The position numbers were made by a program, and so were the translations under genes. From the IMG/VR virus record IMGVR_UViG_3300042860_001920: DNA of 14,929 nt, one strand, 5' to 3'. Positions within the stretch are counted from its first letter, which is position 1. Every line of letters begins with the position of its first letter. The notes under the pieces were generated by a model, which saw nothing but the letters and a program-made list of their open reading frames with translations, was not told the DNA's origin and made no database searches. The DNA is from a virus (taxonomy: Duplodnaviria; Heunggongvirae; Uroviricota; Caudoviricetes). Shown here one piece after another: positions 14,900-14,929 of this stretch.

Positions 14900-14929
14900 C
14901 GTCAGGTAGAATTAAAAAAACTATTTTTT

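Larger units (their letters stand above)
1..14929 (+). mobile_element. Segment of a large (probably T4-like/jumbo) bacteriophage or prophage: tail-fibre/adhesin gene cluster
   Basis: All long ORFs are on the + strand with 7-15 nt gaps inside three blocks. AGGAG/GGAG Shine-Dalgarno sites precede the genes at 2529, 3474, 5249, 6380, 6639, 10620 and 11120. TATAAATA lies before gene 4. Multiple fibre-type motifs and GC mosaicism are present. No hallmark gene (capsid, terminase, integrase) is in the window, so this is inferred. Confidence 0.8.

Noticed and set aside
1-14929. Genome-wide stop-codon reassignment (TAG=Gln)
   Set aside because: ORFs of 828, 1226 and 1259 aa are uninterrupted in the standard code and use CAA/CAG. 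A recoded genome would be expected to show in-frame TAGs in such long late genes.
1-14929. Invertase/shufflon-type fibre switching
   Set aside because: No recombinase, no inverted repeats bracketing cassettes and no reverse-strand partial fibre genes were found; all repeats seen are direct.

Overview
AT-rich window (about 27-38% GC in hand-counted 60-nt samples, with two richer islands at about 50-60%). It holds nine closely packed + strand genes, most with AGGAG-type ribosome-binding sites, and one small broken gene. The content reads as the fibre/adhesin (host-recognition) cluster of a large tailed phage, probably T4-like. Support: an exact TATAAATA late-promoter motif at 5219-5226, an ACTAAATA variant at 10586-10593, and phage fibre motifs (GNVGIGT, SHAEG, TGTNTGDQ, NKLYVD, ETNRAxxAE). 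No capsid, terminase, integrase or RNA gene is visible, so the phage assignment is inferred. In order: (1) a 5'-truncated modular tail-fibre protein; (2-3) two tandem BspA/TpLRR-type genes with about 94-97% identical caps but 7 versus 17 hypervariable 24-aa repeats that appear shuffled within and between the genes; (4) a Thr-Asn-rich coiled-coil fibre with a Sec-like signal peptide; (5) a small YD-like repeat protein; (6) a 1226-aa beta-helix protein with a GC-rich C-terminal part; (7) a frameshifted Pro/Glu/Val-rich mini-gene; (8) a 163-aa hypothetical; (9) a 1259-aa fibre with a signal peptide, beta-helix, 18-residue coiled-coil repeats and a C1q-like tip. The two most interesting signals are the combinatorially variable LRR gene pair and the apparently secreted, TN-rich fibres behind late-type promoters. 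All domain names come from motif recognition by eye; no database search was run.
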